Virus record (IMG/VR): IMGVR_UViG_3300013105_000005
Span: 1 to 64,000 of that record
Origin: a virus
Lineage: Duplodnaviria > Caudoviricetes
Strand: one strand, 5' to 3'
DNA: 64,000 nt
Below are positions 28,174-37,824 of the stretch, one piece after another (within the stretch, counting starts at the first letter, position 1; each line of letters begins with the position of its first letter). The translations under genes and the position numbers were made by a program. Under the pieces are notes generated by a model. The model did no database searches, had not been told where the DNA came from, and was given only the letters and a program-made list of their open reading frames with translations.

Positions 28174-28473
28174 TTATGGGCGCAGCCAGGGGGGAGCGCA
28201 TTCAAGCGAATGGCGAATCCTCCACTGCTTAAACGCCTCCCTGCATTCTTCCGCCGAATGCGTCTTCCCCGGACATGCTGGACAGGTCCAGTCAACGAAC
28301 GAGCCGGAGAGAGCATCAGCAAGATAATTGTATTCCCTGCCGCACGGGCATTTGATGATGCAGGTGTATTTGGCTTCTGGGACTTTGTGCCCGGTTTCTT
28401 TGAGCACCGCCCGCATATCTTCGACTGGCGTGGCAGTCGTTGCATCGCGCCATCCGGTCGATCCTGCGACCAA
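28174..28473 (-). CDS. small Zn-ribbon protein (moron)
   Basis: CPCG and CPAC motifs; start uncertain. Confidence 0.45.
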   Translation of the reverse strand: MVAGSTGWRDATTATPVEDMRAVLKETGHKVPEAKYTCIIKCPCGREYNYLADALSGSFVDWTCPACPGKTHSAEECREAFKQWRIRHSLECAPPWLRP

Positions 28474-28569
28474 TGAACTTGGAGCTACTGCCCTTTGCGG
28501 AGGCTGGACCCATTCGACGCGAATTTCGCGAATTGATTTGGCATTCCCGCATTCTACGGCAGATTTGTC

Positions 28570-28830
28570 TCAGGTCACAGGCTGCATAGTGTCAGCCCGA
28601 TATGTGTAGGTCATTCCTGTCGGCAGCATGATTGAAACCTCAGACGCATGCGAGCGATCCCATTGCCCGGTGATGCATCTTGCACATTGTTCGCACAGCT
28701 TCACTTTCAAGCCATCCAAATCTGTCGCGCACGTTGCTTTGTTGAAGCACCTGTGGCCGACAGGATCGCCGCCGATGTGTCTGTTTTGGTCGATTAGTGC
28801 ATCGCAGAGGAGTAGGACAATCGTTTCCAT
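28570..28830 (-). CDS. leaderless moron protein, Cys/His-rich (86 aa)
   Basis: TGTGGTAGAAT-6 nt-ATG; CxxC motifs. Confidence 0.6.
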   Translation of the reverse strand: METIVLLLCDALIDQNRHIGGDPVGHRCFNKATCATDLDGLKVKLCEQCARCITGQWDRSHASEVSIMLPTGMTYTYRADTMQPVT

Positions 28831-28860
28831 CCGCGCATTCTACCACAACGCGCGTGAGTT

Positions 28861-28950
28861 TTACGGCTCAAGATGTTTCCGCTCGGCCAACAGCCAGAAG
28901 AAGAATACGACGCAGACAATCAGTCCAAAGATAATCGGTACGTAGTCCAT
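28861..28950 (-). CDS. leaderless single-TM micropeptide (29 aa, MDYVPIIFGLIVCVVFFFWLLAERKHLEP)
   Basis: Translated by hand; TGTGGTAGAAT-6 nt-ATG. Confidence 0.65.
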   Translation of the reverse strand: MDYVPIIFGLIVCVVFFFWLLAERKHLEP

Positions 28951-28971
28951 CCTCACATTCTACCACAAGCC

Positions 28972-31086
28972 ATGTCAATAAAACTCAACACCGCCCTATA
29001 CCATCGCGCTCTCGGCGCAGCTCATGCCGGAAGCGTCACGCACGACGAGTGGTCCGCGCCGAAGAATCGCACCGCAGGCAACTCGATTGCCCATGACGAA
29101 TCACAGAAGGGCAACGCCGACGAGTACGCCTACCCGATCTTCGCTGAGGGCGGGAAGTTGTCGGCCAAGGGTGTCGGTTCGGCGCTGGCCTACGCGAAGA
29201 AGAATAACGCGGCGGCACTGGTTGGTCCGCTGGAGAAGATTAGCGCAGCTATCAAGATGCATTCGATTGCCGCCAGCGCCGATCCAGTGCTGTCGCTTGA
29301 CGCACACCGGTACGCCTCAACACAAATCGACATGCCCGAGGAGATTGCGGAGAAGGTCCGCAGCTTCGGCAAGAGCATCGCGCAGGACGATCTTGACGAG
29401 GAGGGCGTTGAGAAAAACCCTCACGTCACGGTTAAGTACGGCCTGCACTCCGATTCTCCGAAGGCGGTGAAAAGTGCAATCGAAGGTGAAATGCCGGTTC
29501 GGTTTGCCTTAGGCACCACGCATTACTTTCCAGCCAATGAAAAGCGGCAAAGCGATGCGTTGGTCGCGCAGGTTCACAGTCCCGATCTTCATCGCCTCAA
29601 TCAGTTAATCGCAGGTGCGGCCCCACACGTTGACACGCATTCCGACTACATGCCTCATGCGACCATCGCATACCTCAAGCCGGGCCGTGGGGAAAAGTAC
29701 GCGTATCGACACGACCTGTCCGGCATTGAAGGCATGACCGATACCGTTTCGCACTCCTCCGCTGATGGCAAGCAAACCAAAATCAAACTGACCGGGACAA
29801 CGCGGAACGCCAAGAAGATGGCTCTTTCTGCCGCCATTTTCTCGCTCTCGACTCCCGAGGCAAGGCCCATCCTCACGCTGGGCATTGCCTCGCCCAAGGA
29901 CATCGACGGCCACCCCGTCTACGCCCGCCGCAAGGAAATCGCCCGCGCAGGTCACTACGTGCATCGTGGCCAGAAAGACTCTGATGGAAACTGGCGCGAG
30001 TTCGATATCACCCCAGACCGCATGAGGCTGTGGGCTGATGCCTTCCAGAAGCGCAAGGCCGCTGGCATCCGCCCGTTCGTCCCCGAGCGCCACGTCGAGA
30101 GCGCAGCCGACGCCCGCGCAAACATGGGCTATGTCGATGACCTGCAAATCGAGGGGGATTCGCTCTATGCCACGATGCATCTGATTGGCGAGGACGCGCT
30201 TGCCGCAGCCGCACGCAATGACGTGAGCATTTACGTTATTGGTGATGCCACTGATGCCAATGGCGAAAAGTACGATGAGTGTATCGAGCATGTCTGCCTG
30301 ACAGCCAACCCGGTAATTCCCAATCTTCAACCCTTTGTGCAGATCGCCGCATCCGCAGACCGCCCGGCGATTTCTGCGCCTGTCTATGTCCTGGCGGTCG
30401 AACCCAACCCCACCGCGGCCCCGAGCCGCAGGAGCTTTAAAATGACAGATGCACTTGCACAACAGGTGCGCGCTAAGCTCGGCTTTGGTGCCGAGGTGCC
30501 CGATGACCAGCTTGACGACAAAGCCGCCGAAAAGGCGCTGGCGTTGTCCGCCGAAGTCCCGACGCTCACTGGCAAGGTGACAACCTTGACCACCGAGCGC
30601 GACGCGCTGGCGACGGAACGCGACACCCTCAAGAGCGAGCTTGCCACGGCCAAGACCAAGGCGGAGGAAGCCAACAATAAGGTGCTGCAACTGTCGGCGG
30701 ATGCGCCGAACACCACCGACCCGCTGGCTATCGCGCTCATTACCCGGTCCTTTAAGACCGATCGCGAGCGCGTCATCGAATCCGGCGTTATCAGCGAAGC
30801 CGGGATGAAGGAAGTGGACGCGCTGATGTTCAGCGAGGGCAAGCCAACGCGCACGGCGCTGGCGCTTTCCGCCGGCGGCGTTGACCCGTTCTATTCCCGC
30901 CTCTGCGACATCATCCGCCGGAACCCTGGCATCAAGACCAACAACGGCGTGCCGCGCGGTACGACGGAAGCCGAGCGGCTGGCGCTCGCTGCTGATCCCA
31001 CCAAGCGGGAAGAGGATAAGGTTGACCCGGTGGCGCTGGCCGAAATGCGCCGCTATGCACACCTCCCCACTCCCGCCGCCAAGTAA
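28972..31086 (+). CDS. Mu gpI-like prohead protease/scaffold fused to a 2H phosphoesterase domain
   Basis: PHVT and PHAT motifs; protease ERH...GYV...DVS...HVCLTANP; C-terminal coiled scaffold; start at ATG 28972. Confidence 0.8.
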   Translation: MSIKLNTALYHRALGAAHAGSVTHDEWSAPKNRTAGNSIAHDESQKGNADEYAYPIFAEGGKLSAKGVGSALAYAKKNNAAALVGPLEKISAAIKMHSIAASADPVLSLDAHRYASTQIDMPEEIAEKVRSFGKSIAQDDLDEEGVEKNPHVTVKYGLHSDSPKAVKSAIEGEMPVRFALGTTHYFPANEKRQSDALVAQVHSPDLHRLNQLIAGAAPHVDTHSDYMPHATIAYLKPGRGEKYAYRHDLSGIEGMTDTVSHSSADGKQTKIKLTGTTRNAKKMALSAAIFSLSTPEARPILTLGIASPKDIDGHPVYARRKEIARAGHYVHRGQKDSDGNWREFDITPDRMRLWADAFQKRKAAGIRPFVPERHVESAADARANMGYVDDLQIEGDSLYATMHLIGEDALAAAARNDVSIYVIGDATDANGEKYDECIEHVCLTANPVIPNLQPFVQIAASADRPAISAPVYVLAVEPNPTAAPSRRSFKMTDALAQQVRAKLGFGAEVPDDQLDDKAAEKALALSAEVPTLTGKVTTLTTERDALATERDTLKSELATAKTKAEEANNKVLQLSADAPNTTDPLAIALITRSFKTDRERVIESGVISEAGMKEVDALMFSEGKPTRTALALSAGGVDPFYSRLCDIIRRNPGIKTNNGVPRGTTEAERLALAADPTKREEDKVDPVALAEMRRYAHLPTPAAK

Positions 31087-31175
31087 GTCACCTCACGCAA
31101 CCAGCGTTGGAATTCAACCGGCTGCATAAGCCGCGAAGATTTCACATTCCCTGAAATTTCTACAGGAGCTTTACA

Positions 31176-32234
31176 ATGATCGCTCAAGAATTCCGTTTCG
31201 ACCCCGGCCAAATCTTGCAGCCGGCGCTTCCCTCTCCGCTGAACCGGCTGGAGCCGGCGGCGTTCGGGGCTTCCCTGACCATTGCCAAGGGTCAGGCGCT
31301 CGCCCAGAAGACCAGTGATGCCAAGCTGTACCCCCTGAACCTTGCGGCCACCGACGGCACGCAGATTTTCGTGGGTTTCAGCCAATATCCGGTTGTCACC
31401 GATGCCAGCGGCAACGTGCAATACTTTTTCAGTGGCACGGCCACCGGCATCAATTTCTTCGCGCCGCCGACGCAATCCGCTGGCATCTACACCGGCGGCA
31501 TCTTCGACCCGCGCGACCTGATTACGGCCACCGCAGGAACCGCCGTCGCTGAAGTCGATACGATCACTCCGACCAACCCGACCACTGGCGACATCTATTC
31601 CGTCACCACCCCAAACGGCGACGGCGTTGAAGTGACCGTGGGTGCCACGCAGACGGCCACCGCGACCGTTACGCTGCTGGCGAATGCCTGGAACGCCAAC
31701 CCCGTGCTGAAGGCCCTGGCGACCACCAGCGGCACTTCTACGCTCATCCTGACAGCGGTGACGCCCGGCGTGGCACTGGGCCTGAAAGCCGCCTCTGTCG
31801 GTACTGGCACTGTTGCTTTGGTCATCACGACCGCGGCTGTCGCACTGGCTCAAGGTGAGGTGGATACCTTCACCGCAACCAACCCGACGACCGGCGACGT
31901 GTATACGATCACCGCAACCCTGCCGAACGGCACGACCAAAGCAATCAGCGCAACGGTCGGCGCGACTCAGACAGCCACGGCTATTGATGCCCTGCTCATC
32001 GCGGCATGGAACGCAGACCCAGCCGCTGCGGCGATCGCCACGGCTTCGGGAACGACCACGCTGATTCTGACGGCACCTGCGGGCGCTACGCTCAATCTCG
32101 CGGGTACGGTTGTCGGCACGGGCACGATCGCCAAAGTCGTGACGACCCCGGCGACGGGCCGCAAGCTGTCGGATATCTTGCCCGGTTGCCCTGGCGCTCG
32201 TGTGCTGTCAAGTGGCTTCTGGGAGCTGCCCTGA
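31176..32234 (+). CDS. head decoration protein with two inserted tandem ~100-aa domains
   Basis: Between scaffold and capsid; repeats EVDT.T.TNPTTGD.Y. Confidence 0.65.
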   Translation: MIAQEFRFDPGQILQPALPSPLNRLEPAAFGASLTIAKGQALAQKTSDAKLYPLNLAATDGTQIFVGFSQYPVVTDASGNVQYFFSGTATGINFFAPPTQSAGIYTGGIFDPRDLITATAGTAVAEVDTITPTNPTTGDIYSVTTPNGDGVEVTVGATQTATATVTLLANAWNANPVLKALATTSGTSTLILTAVTPGVALGLKAASVGTGTVALVITTAAVALAQGEVDTFTATNPTTGDVYTITATLPNGTTKAISATVGATQTATAIDALLIAAWNADPAAAAIATASGTTTLILTAPAGATLNLAGTVVGTGTIAKVVTTPATGRKLSDILPGCPGARVLSSGFWELP

Positions 32235-32417
32235 CCTCTAGCCGCTTCGTTCCTTCACCAAAATTACCAAATCTCAGAACTGTCGGGCCGGGAAAGCTAC
32301 CCGAGCGGGTCGCGTCACCACGCGCGACCCCGCCCGCCTTTCATTCCATCTTCCGTGGTGATTCTCGCTTGGTGGTGAGCGTCTTTCGTGCCGCGTTGCG
32401 GCCGGGAGATCCCTCAA

Positions 32418-33488
32418 ATGTTGAATCTTGTTTATCCGTCTGCCGCAACGATGAAAGAAATCGACGCCGATCTCACCGTGCGCTCGCGCGCCAATCGGCT
32501 TGGTTTTCAGCTCTTCCCCGTCGAAGAGGAGACCACGTTCCAGGTCCGCTGGATTCAGAAGGACAACTATTACGGCCTAATGGCCATGCGCGGAATCGAC
32601 GGCGCGCCGCCAAAGGTCCAGCGCGTCGGAGAAAACTCGTTTGTCTACGAGCCGGGTGTCTACGGTGAGAATGTCGTCATCACCGAGCGCGAACTGCTCA
32701 TGCGATCTGTCCCCAATCGACCGGATATCCCGATTCCCGTCACCGATCTTGTGACCGAAGCGCAGATGCAGCTTACTCAGCGCAAGGATGATCGCGTTGA
32801 GGCCAATGTGTTCTCTCTGCTTTCGACCGGGACACTTTCAATTCCCCTCCCCGGTCCTAACGGCGTCATCGCCTACAAAGACGCCTACACCTTCCAGACC
32901 ATCACCGCTTCCGTGCCATGGGCGACGGCGGCAACGGCCACTCCGTTGCTTAACTTCCAACAGGCGCAGCAGCTTCAGATTGGTCACGGCGTTGATTTTG
33001 GTGCAGCGGCCACGGCGTACATGAATCAGTTCACGGCGAATCTGTTGCTCAACAACGCAAACGCCTCTGACTTCGGAGGCCGCCGCAATCAGTTTGGCGC
33101 GACGATCAATGACCTGGCCGCGTTCAACAACTACTTCGCGGGCCAGAACCTGCCGAAGATTCAGGTGTACGATCAGGGCTACCAGCCCAACCCGATCAGC
33201 GGCCCAATCACCACGCCGTCTTCGCAGTTCATCAAGTTCATTCCCGACCACACCGTCATCATTGTTGGTCGTCGCCCTGGCAATACGCCCGTTGGCGCGT
33301 TCAAGCAGACGCTCCAAGCGATGCAGCCCGGCGCAGCGCCTTCGCCCGGCGCATACAGCTTCATTAAGGACTACGCGCGCGGTATCAATGCGCCGCTCGA
33401 AGTCCCGCCGAAGTTGGAAGTCCACGAAGGGTTCAATGGGGGATTGGTCATGTACTACCAAAATAGCGTAATCGTGATGACCGTGTGA
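32418..33488 (+). CDS. major capsid protein (lambda gpE-like)
   Basis: LFP start, W..A.A.PL motif, Y..MN..T..LL.N, position after decoration gene. Confidence 0.85.
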   Translation: MLNLVYPSAATMKEIDADLTVRSRANRLGFQLFPVEEETTFQVRWIQKDNYYGLMAMRGIDGAPPKVQRVGENSFVYEPGVYGENVVITERELLMRSVPNRPDIPIPVTDLVTEAQMQLTQRKDDRVEANVFSLLSTGTLSIPLPGPNGVIAYKDAYTFQTITASVPWATAATATPLLNFQQAQQLQIGHGVDFGAAATAYMNQFTANLLLNNANASDFGGRRNQFGATINDLAAFNNYFAGQNLPKIQVYDQGYQPNPISGPITTPSSQFIKFIPDHTVIIVGRRPGNTPVGAFKQTLQAMQPGAAPSPGAYSFIKDYARGINAPLEVPPKLEVHEGFNGGLVMYYQNSVIVMTV

Positions 33489-33546
33489 CGCACGCGATGG
33501 TACATCGCTGCTCATTTCCGATTTATTTCTTTAGGAGCATTCCCAC

Positions 33547-33969
33547 ATGCCAGAACCAGAAAAAGAAAAGAAGGTCCAGGCCCGCAATCGCAAGTTCCGC
33601 GTCATTAAGGGTCAAGTCGGCCCATGGCGATACGATACTCCCGGCGGCACAGTTTTCGACGAAGACACCTTCAAGCGGCTCAACCCCGAGCCGAAGGAAG
33701 GGGCCGACAAAGAAGGCTATCACGATGCCTTGCTTGGCCGGCTCATCGTGCTGGAGGTCATCCGCGAGGTGCCGGATACCGAGAAGACGACGCCGACGCC
33801 AATCGGCCCCGGCGGCGAGAAGGGCCACAGCGCAGGCACCATCGCCGACAGCGCGAAGGCGGTCATCGACCAGCGAGCGGCGATTGCGCAGTCCGTGGCC
33901 GCGCGCCCAGCGGAAGGCGAGCCTCAGGCCGCGCCGCGCCCCGAAGTGAAGCAGGGCGGCCAAACGTAA
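33547..33969 (+). CDS. hypothetical head-associated protein
   Basis: AGGAG RBS, follows capsid. Confidence 0.6.
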   Translation: MPEPEKEKKVQARNRKFRVIKGQVGPWRYDTPGGTVFDEDTFKRLNPEPKEGADKEGYHDALLGRLIVLEVIREVPDTEKTTPTPIGPGGEKGHSAGTIADSAKAVIDQRAAIAQSVAARPAEGEPQAAPRPEVKQGGQT

Positions 33970-34041
33970 ACCCTGGCATCCCCTCCGGCGCGGTTGCATG
34001 TCCCCGCGTGCGCCGCGCCGGAACTTGCCTCAGTATTTGTC

Positions 34042-34302
34042 TTAGCGGTTTTTACGCAATGCCCATTGCCCAAAGGTATCCTTCAAAGTCTCGATGACAA
34101 TCTCTCTTGGCGCGAGTTCTTTTATATATATTTCCGGATGACTGCGCTGGGCATGCACAACCGCCAACACTTCGTATAGGCTCTGATTGAGCTTGCCGTA
34201 TTCGATTTCCATCCACTCTCCCACTCGCGGCATTTGTTCAAATTGAAGAGTCAGGGGCTTCAGAATTTCATGCCTGCGAACTACGAAAATGCGTGTGTCC
34301 AT
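34042..34302 (-). CDS. leaderless moron protein (86 aa)
   Basis: TTGACG...TGnTACAAT-6 nt-ATG; lower GC; counter-oriented. Confidence 0.65.
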   Translation of the reverse strand: MDTRIFVVRRHEILKPLTLQFEQMPRVGEWMEIEYGKLNQSLYEVLAVVHAQRSHPEIYIKELAPREIVIETLKDTFGQWALRKNR

Positions 34303-34391
34303 CCCTGAATTGTAACATGCGTATCCGATTCCGCGTCAATTCACGGGGGTTTACGCGCCCACGCTTCACCATCAATTAAAGGAACTATCCC

Positions 34392-34889
34392 ATGACAATT
34401 GTCGATGCATCTTCGCAGACACAGATCGTTGTCCACGACAGCAAGAGCGGCGGCATTTCCACCAAAAGCGGCTCGCTGATTTATACCAAGCAGAACACCT
34501 ACACCCAAGGCAGTGGCAACAATCAGATTGGCATTCAGTTCAACGACGAGCGCACTCTATCTGCTGGCGCGAATGAGGTTTTGGATTTCAGCGGCACGAT
34601 GTTGCAGGACGATTTCGGCAACAACATTGCCCTGACCAAAATCAAAGAATTGCTGATTGAAAACGAGTCGCTTACCGGAACGCTTTCGGTTGGCGGCGGC
34701 ACATCGAATTTGGTTTTGGATGTTGACCATGCGACCGTTACCAATGTGATTCAGCCGGGCGGAAGGATGCACATCGTCAACCCGCTGGCCGGATGGACCG
34801 TCACGGCTACAACCGGCGACTTGCTGAAAATCACCAACGGCGACGGCTCTAACGCCACAACCTACAAGATCGTTGTCCTGGGCATCTAA
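34392..34889 (+). CDS. virion structural protein
   Basis: AAGGA RBS; beta-rich. Confidence 0.6.
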   Translation: MTIVDASSQTQIVVHDSKSGGISTKSGSLIYTKQNTYTQGSGNNQIGIQFNDERTLSAGANEVLDFSGTMLQDDFGNNIALTKIKELLIENESLTGTLSVGGGTSNLVLDVDHATVTNVIQPGGRMHIVNPLAGWTVTATTGDLLKITNGDGSNATTYKIVVLGI

Positions 34890-34919
34890 GCCAGTTCTCA
34901 CTGAGAACCGGAGTAAAAC

Positions 34920-35834
34920 ATGGGCACATTGAATTGGGTTGGCGGCTCTGGCTCCCAGTCGTGGGCTACCGCAGCAAATTGGGACACGGCGGCGGTTCCC
35001 GTCACTGGCGACGATGTTTACATTGCGCAGGGCAACAGCGATATCAACTCTGGACTTGCGCAGTCTGGCGTTACACTCAATAGCCTTAACATCCTTCCTG
35101 GATTCAGCGGCACCATCGGCTCGACCGGCAACAGCGGCGATTCGCTGGCGATCGGTGCGACCAATGTTTACGTCAACAGCCAGAGCGGGCGAACCAAGCT
35201 GGATTTCGGCTCCGTTACCCACACGACAACCGTCGTGAGCACGGGCGGTTCAAGTGACACGAACCTTGAAGCCTTCCGAATTCGCGGCGGCACCAATACC
35301 AGCAAACTCTATGTTGTCGGGAACAATCAGACGGCCGTAGGCGTGGCCACTACTCGCGCGGGCATTACTGCTACGCTGAGCGAGTGGGACGTACGCGGGG
35401 GCACCGTGAATCTTGGCGCTGGACTCACTTGCGCCACCGGGAAACAATCCGGCGGCACCGTGACGCTGGGCGGATCAGCAACGACGATCACTCAGACCGG
35501 CAGCGGCACGCTGATTCATCAGGGAAGCGGCACCATCACAACCCTGACGGCAACAGGTACTGTGATTGAAAACAGCAGGCCGGCGGCAGGAACTGATGTA
35601 ATTGGCACGTTGACGACTGGTCCGGGTGCGACGGTCGATTTCTCGCAGAACCCCGCACCTTGCACGCTCACCAACGCTCCGATACTCGGCAAGGGCACTA
35701 ACTTTCTGGCGTTCATGCCGAATCAGGTGGCCTTGCATGCGGCTTCACTGACCATCAAGGGCCAGCAGTGCGGACTGAGCGACCTGACCATTAACGTCGG
35801 CTCACAGGTGCAGGCGACGATTACGAATTGGTGA
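34920..35834 (+). CDS. virion protein with beta-helix/autotransporter-like repeats
   Basis: WVGG...W.TAANW...VP...DDV cap; G/T-rich repeats. Confidence 0.65.
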   Translation: MGTLNWVGGSGSQSWATAANWDTAAVPVTGDDVYIAQGNSDINSGLAQSGVTLNSLNILPGFSGTIGSTGNSGDSLAIGATNVYVNSQSGRTKLDFGSVTHTTTVVSTGGSSDTNLEAFRIRGGTNTSKLYVVGNNQTAVGVATTRAGITATLSEWDVRGGTVNLGAGLTCATGKQSGGTVTLGGSATTITQTGSGTLIHQGSGTITTLTATGTVIENSRPAAGTDVIGTLTTGPGATVDFSQNPAPCTLTNAPILGKGTNFLAFMPNQVALHAASLTIKGQQCGLSDLTINVGSQVQATITNW

Positions 35835-35838
35835 TGAA

Positions 35839-36075
35839 ATGAAAGAAATTCCCGCCTCAGAATGGGACAAGCCACCATTTGTTGCCGCTACAGATCACAC
35901 TCTTCCGCCGGGCAGCAGGGTCTTTGTTGATGGCGAAGACGTTACGAATCGTGCGCAGGTCTGCCATCCGGTGCAAGGATGGGTGCGGGCTTACGTGATG
36001 GAAGGTGACCGAATTGCCGTTCCGATAAGGATGGTTGTCTTAGTCGGGAACATTGAAATCCGCCCTGGTGAGTAA
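35839..36075 (+). CDS. hypothetical protein
   Basis: RVFVDGEDVT motif. Confidence 0.5.
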   Translation: MKEIPASEWDKPPFVAATDHTLPPGSRVFVDGEDVTNRAQVCHPVQGWVRAYVMEGDRIAVPIRMVVLVGNIEIRPGE

Positions 36076-36078
36076 CTG

Positions 36079-36615
36079 ATGACGGACTACATCACCCAAG
36101 GCTCATCCGCGATCTGGGCGCTGCTGACGGCCCCAAATTCGTTCTTCGCGAACAACGTAAAATCTGGCAATCGCCTCAGCTTCATTTCCGGCAAGCCGTT
36201 CCCCGAGAAGACCAATCGGCAGGCTGGCGACTACCCGGAAGCAAAGCTACGTGCTGCATCATGGCAGAGCCAAGGATTCACCGGCACCAACTCGCAGAAG
36301 ACGTTCGGCAATACCGCGCCGGGCGTCAACCTCAATTTCGATTTTGTCATTGAGAAAAGCGTCACCTACGAATTGACGCTCACTTACTCGAACGTCGATG
36401 AGGTTCTTCCTGGCCAACTCGAAACCGCCGTGGAATCGGCGTTGCTGAATGGCGGCATCAATCTGGGTCTGGCCAAGGTGAAGACCTGGGGGCCGCTGTC
36501 GGGTCGCTACGAGCAAAAGTACACGGACACCGCCGGAAAACATCTATCACTCGTTCAAACCATTTTTATCCCCGTCCTTTTTCGCTTACATCGCGCCGAC
36601 GTGCTTGGCGCATAA
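36079..36615 (+). CDS. putative tail completion/terminator protein
   Basis: Size and position in neck region. Confidence 0.45.
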   Translation: MTDYITQGSSAIWALLTAPNSFFANNVKSGNRLSFISGKPFPEKTNRQAGDYPEAKLRAASWQSQGFTGTNSQKTFGNTAPGVNLNFDFVIEKSVTYELTLTYSNVDEVLPGQLETAVESALLNGGINLGLAKVKTWGPLSGRYEQKYTDTAGKHLSLVQTIFIPVLFRLHRADVLGA

Positions 36616-36627
36616 AGGAGCCTCGTC

Positions 36628-36978
36628 ATGGCAGAGCAAGATCGCCCGAAAATCATCGCGCCGGTGTCGGCGGGTTTCACGATGGTGCATTGGTTTTATA
36701 TGTACGAATTGCCGGATGGTACGAAGCACATCATGCGCCTCACTGGCGTCGAAAACCGCGAGCTGGTCCTTCAGCACGCCGAGCAGATGCACAAGCACGC
36801 CGGCGGCAAGACGATAGAGCTTCGACGATTGAAGGACGATTCGGAAATCCACGAGGCGGCACAGAAGCTCGCCGAAGATCCCAAGTGGTATCCCGTCAAC
36901 GAGCAGACGCTCAAGGCTCTCAATAACGCTGGCGTGATGGGCGAGCAGCTTATCGTTCCCGCTGGCCAGACGGCTTAA
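36628..36978 (+). CDS. hypothetical protein
   Basis: AAGGAG RBS. Confidence 0.55.
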   Translation: MAEQDRPKIIAPVSAGFTMVHWFYMYELPDGTKHIMRLTGVENRELVLQHAEQMHKHAGGKTIELRRLKDDSEIHEAAQKLAEDPKWYPVNEQTLKALNNAGVMGEQLIVPAGQTA

Positions 36979-37379
36979 TGACGCCAGAAGAGAAAATCCG
37001 CGACATCACATTCGGCGTGCTGCATCAATTTGCGTCGGACGTGATGGACGATCTACACCAGAAGCTGGACAACGCATACCCGCCAGCAAGTAAACCGGGA
37101 GAAGTCCCTCGCCGACGCAGCGGCGAATTGCAGGAGGGGATTGATTATCTCATCACGCAAGAGGGGTCGCTGATTGTCCTCACGATCATCTCTTCCGCAC
37201 CGCACTCGGCGTACCTCGAATTTGGAACCGACCGCATGAGCAAGCGGCCCTTCATGCTGCCGGCGTTGCAGTCGTGGACGCCGGAACTGATTCGCAGGCT
37301 TCAAGCCGCGTTCTCCGGTCCTTCCCCTGTTGTATCGCCCGCCGGGGCGATCATTCCTTTCACTAACATTGCCGCCTAA
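36978..37379 (+). CDS. HK97 gp10-like tail component
   Basis: SKPGEVPRRRSGELQEGI...HSAYLEFGT..M..RPF..PAL. Confidence 0.8.
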   Translation: MTPEEKIRDITFGVLHQFASDVMDDLHQKLDNAYPPASKPGEVPRRRSGELQEGIDYLITQEGSLIVLTIISSAPHSAYLEFGTDRMSKRPFMLPALQSWTPELIRRLQAAFSGPSPVVSPAGAIIPFTNIAA

Positions 37380-37403
37380 AGCGGCCCAATCAGGAGCAAT
37401 ACA

Positions 37404-37811
37404 ATGGCACTCGCGCTTTTAGACGGCACCGATGCGACCATCGACATCCAACTCAACTCCGTGTCCTACAAGGGCATCATGGGTCAGTGGGTGGCGCGCA
37501 TGGGTCGCGAGTTTTTCGAGCAGACGACTTTCGCTAGTGGCGGTTGGAGGTCACGTGTACCGGGGCTCAAGCAAGTTACTGGAAGCATGGCCGGATTCAA
37601 CAGCAAAGGGTCGGCGGCGTCCGACCCGCTCGCGCTGTTCGCCAATCAGACGCCGTATGCGGGCGTCTTCACTTCGACGACCGGATGCACGCTCACGGGA
37701 ACCTTCCATGAGCAGAGCGATAGCGTCTCGGAGATCGCGGCTGGCGTCTCTGGCCGAGCAATTGACTTTGAGAGCTACGGCGCTGTTACGAGTGCATGGG
37801 TAATCGCCTAA
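37404..37811 (+). CDS. tail tube protein
   Basis: W...GG.FEQTTF...WRSRVPGLK..TGS pattern; upstream of chaperone and tape measure. Confidence 0.7.
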   Translation: MALALLDGTDATIDIQLNSVSYKGIMGQWVARMGREFFEQTTFASGGWRSRVPGLKQVTGSMAGFNSKGSAASDPLALFANQTPYAGVFTSTTGCTLTGTFHEQSDSVSEIAAGVSGRAIDFESYGAVTSAWVIA

Positions 37812-37824
37812 TCAGGAGAACAAC

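Noticed and set aside
28174-28830. Read-through fusion of the two minus-strand ORFs sharing a frame across TGA 28570
   Set aside because: The intervening sequence carries its own promoter motif; same-frame adjacency has a one-in-three chance.
29605-31062. 485-aa minus-strand ORF (and similar long antisense ORFs at 16141, 21863 and 32838)
   Set aside because: Antisense shadows of high-GC coding genes; no domain signal.
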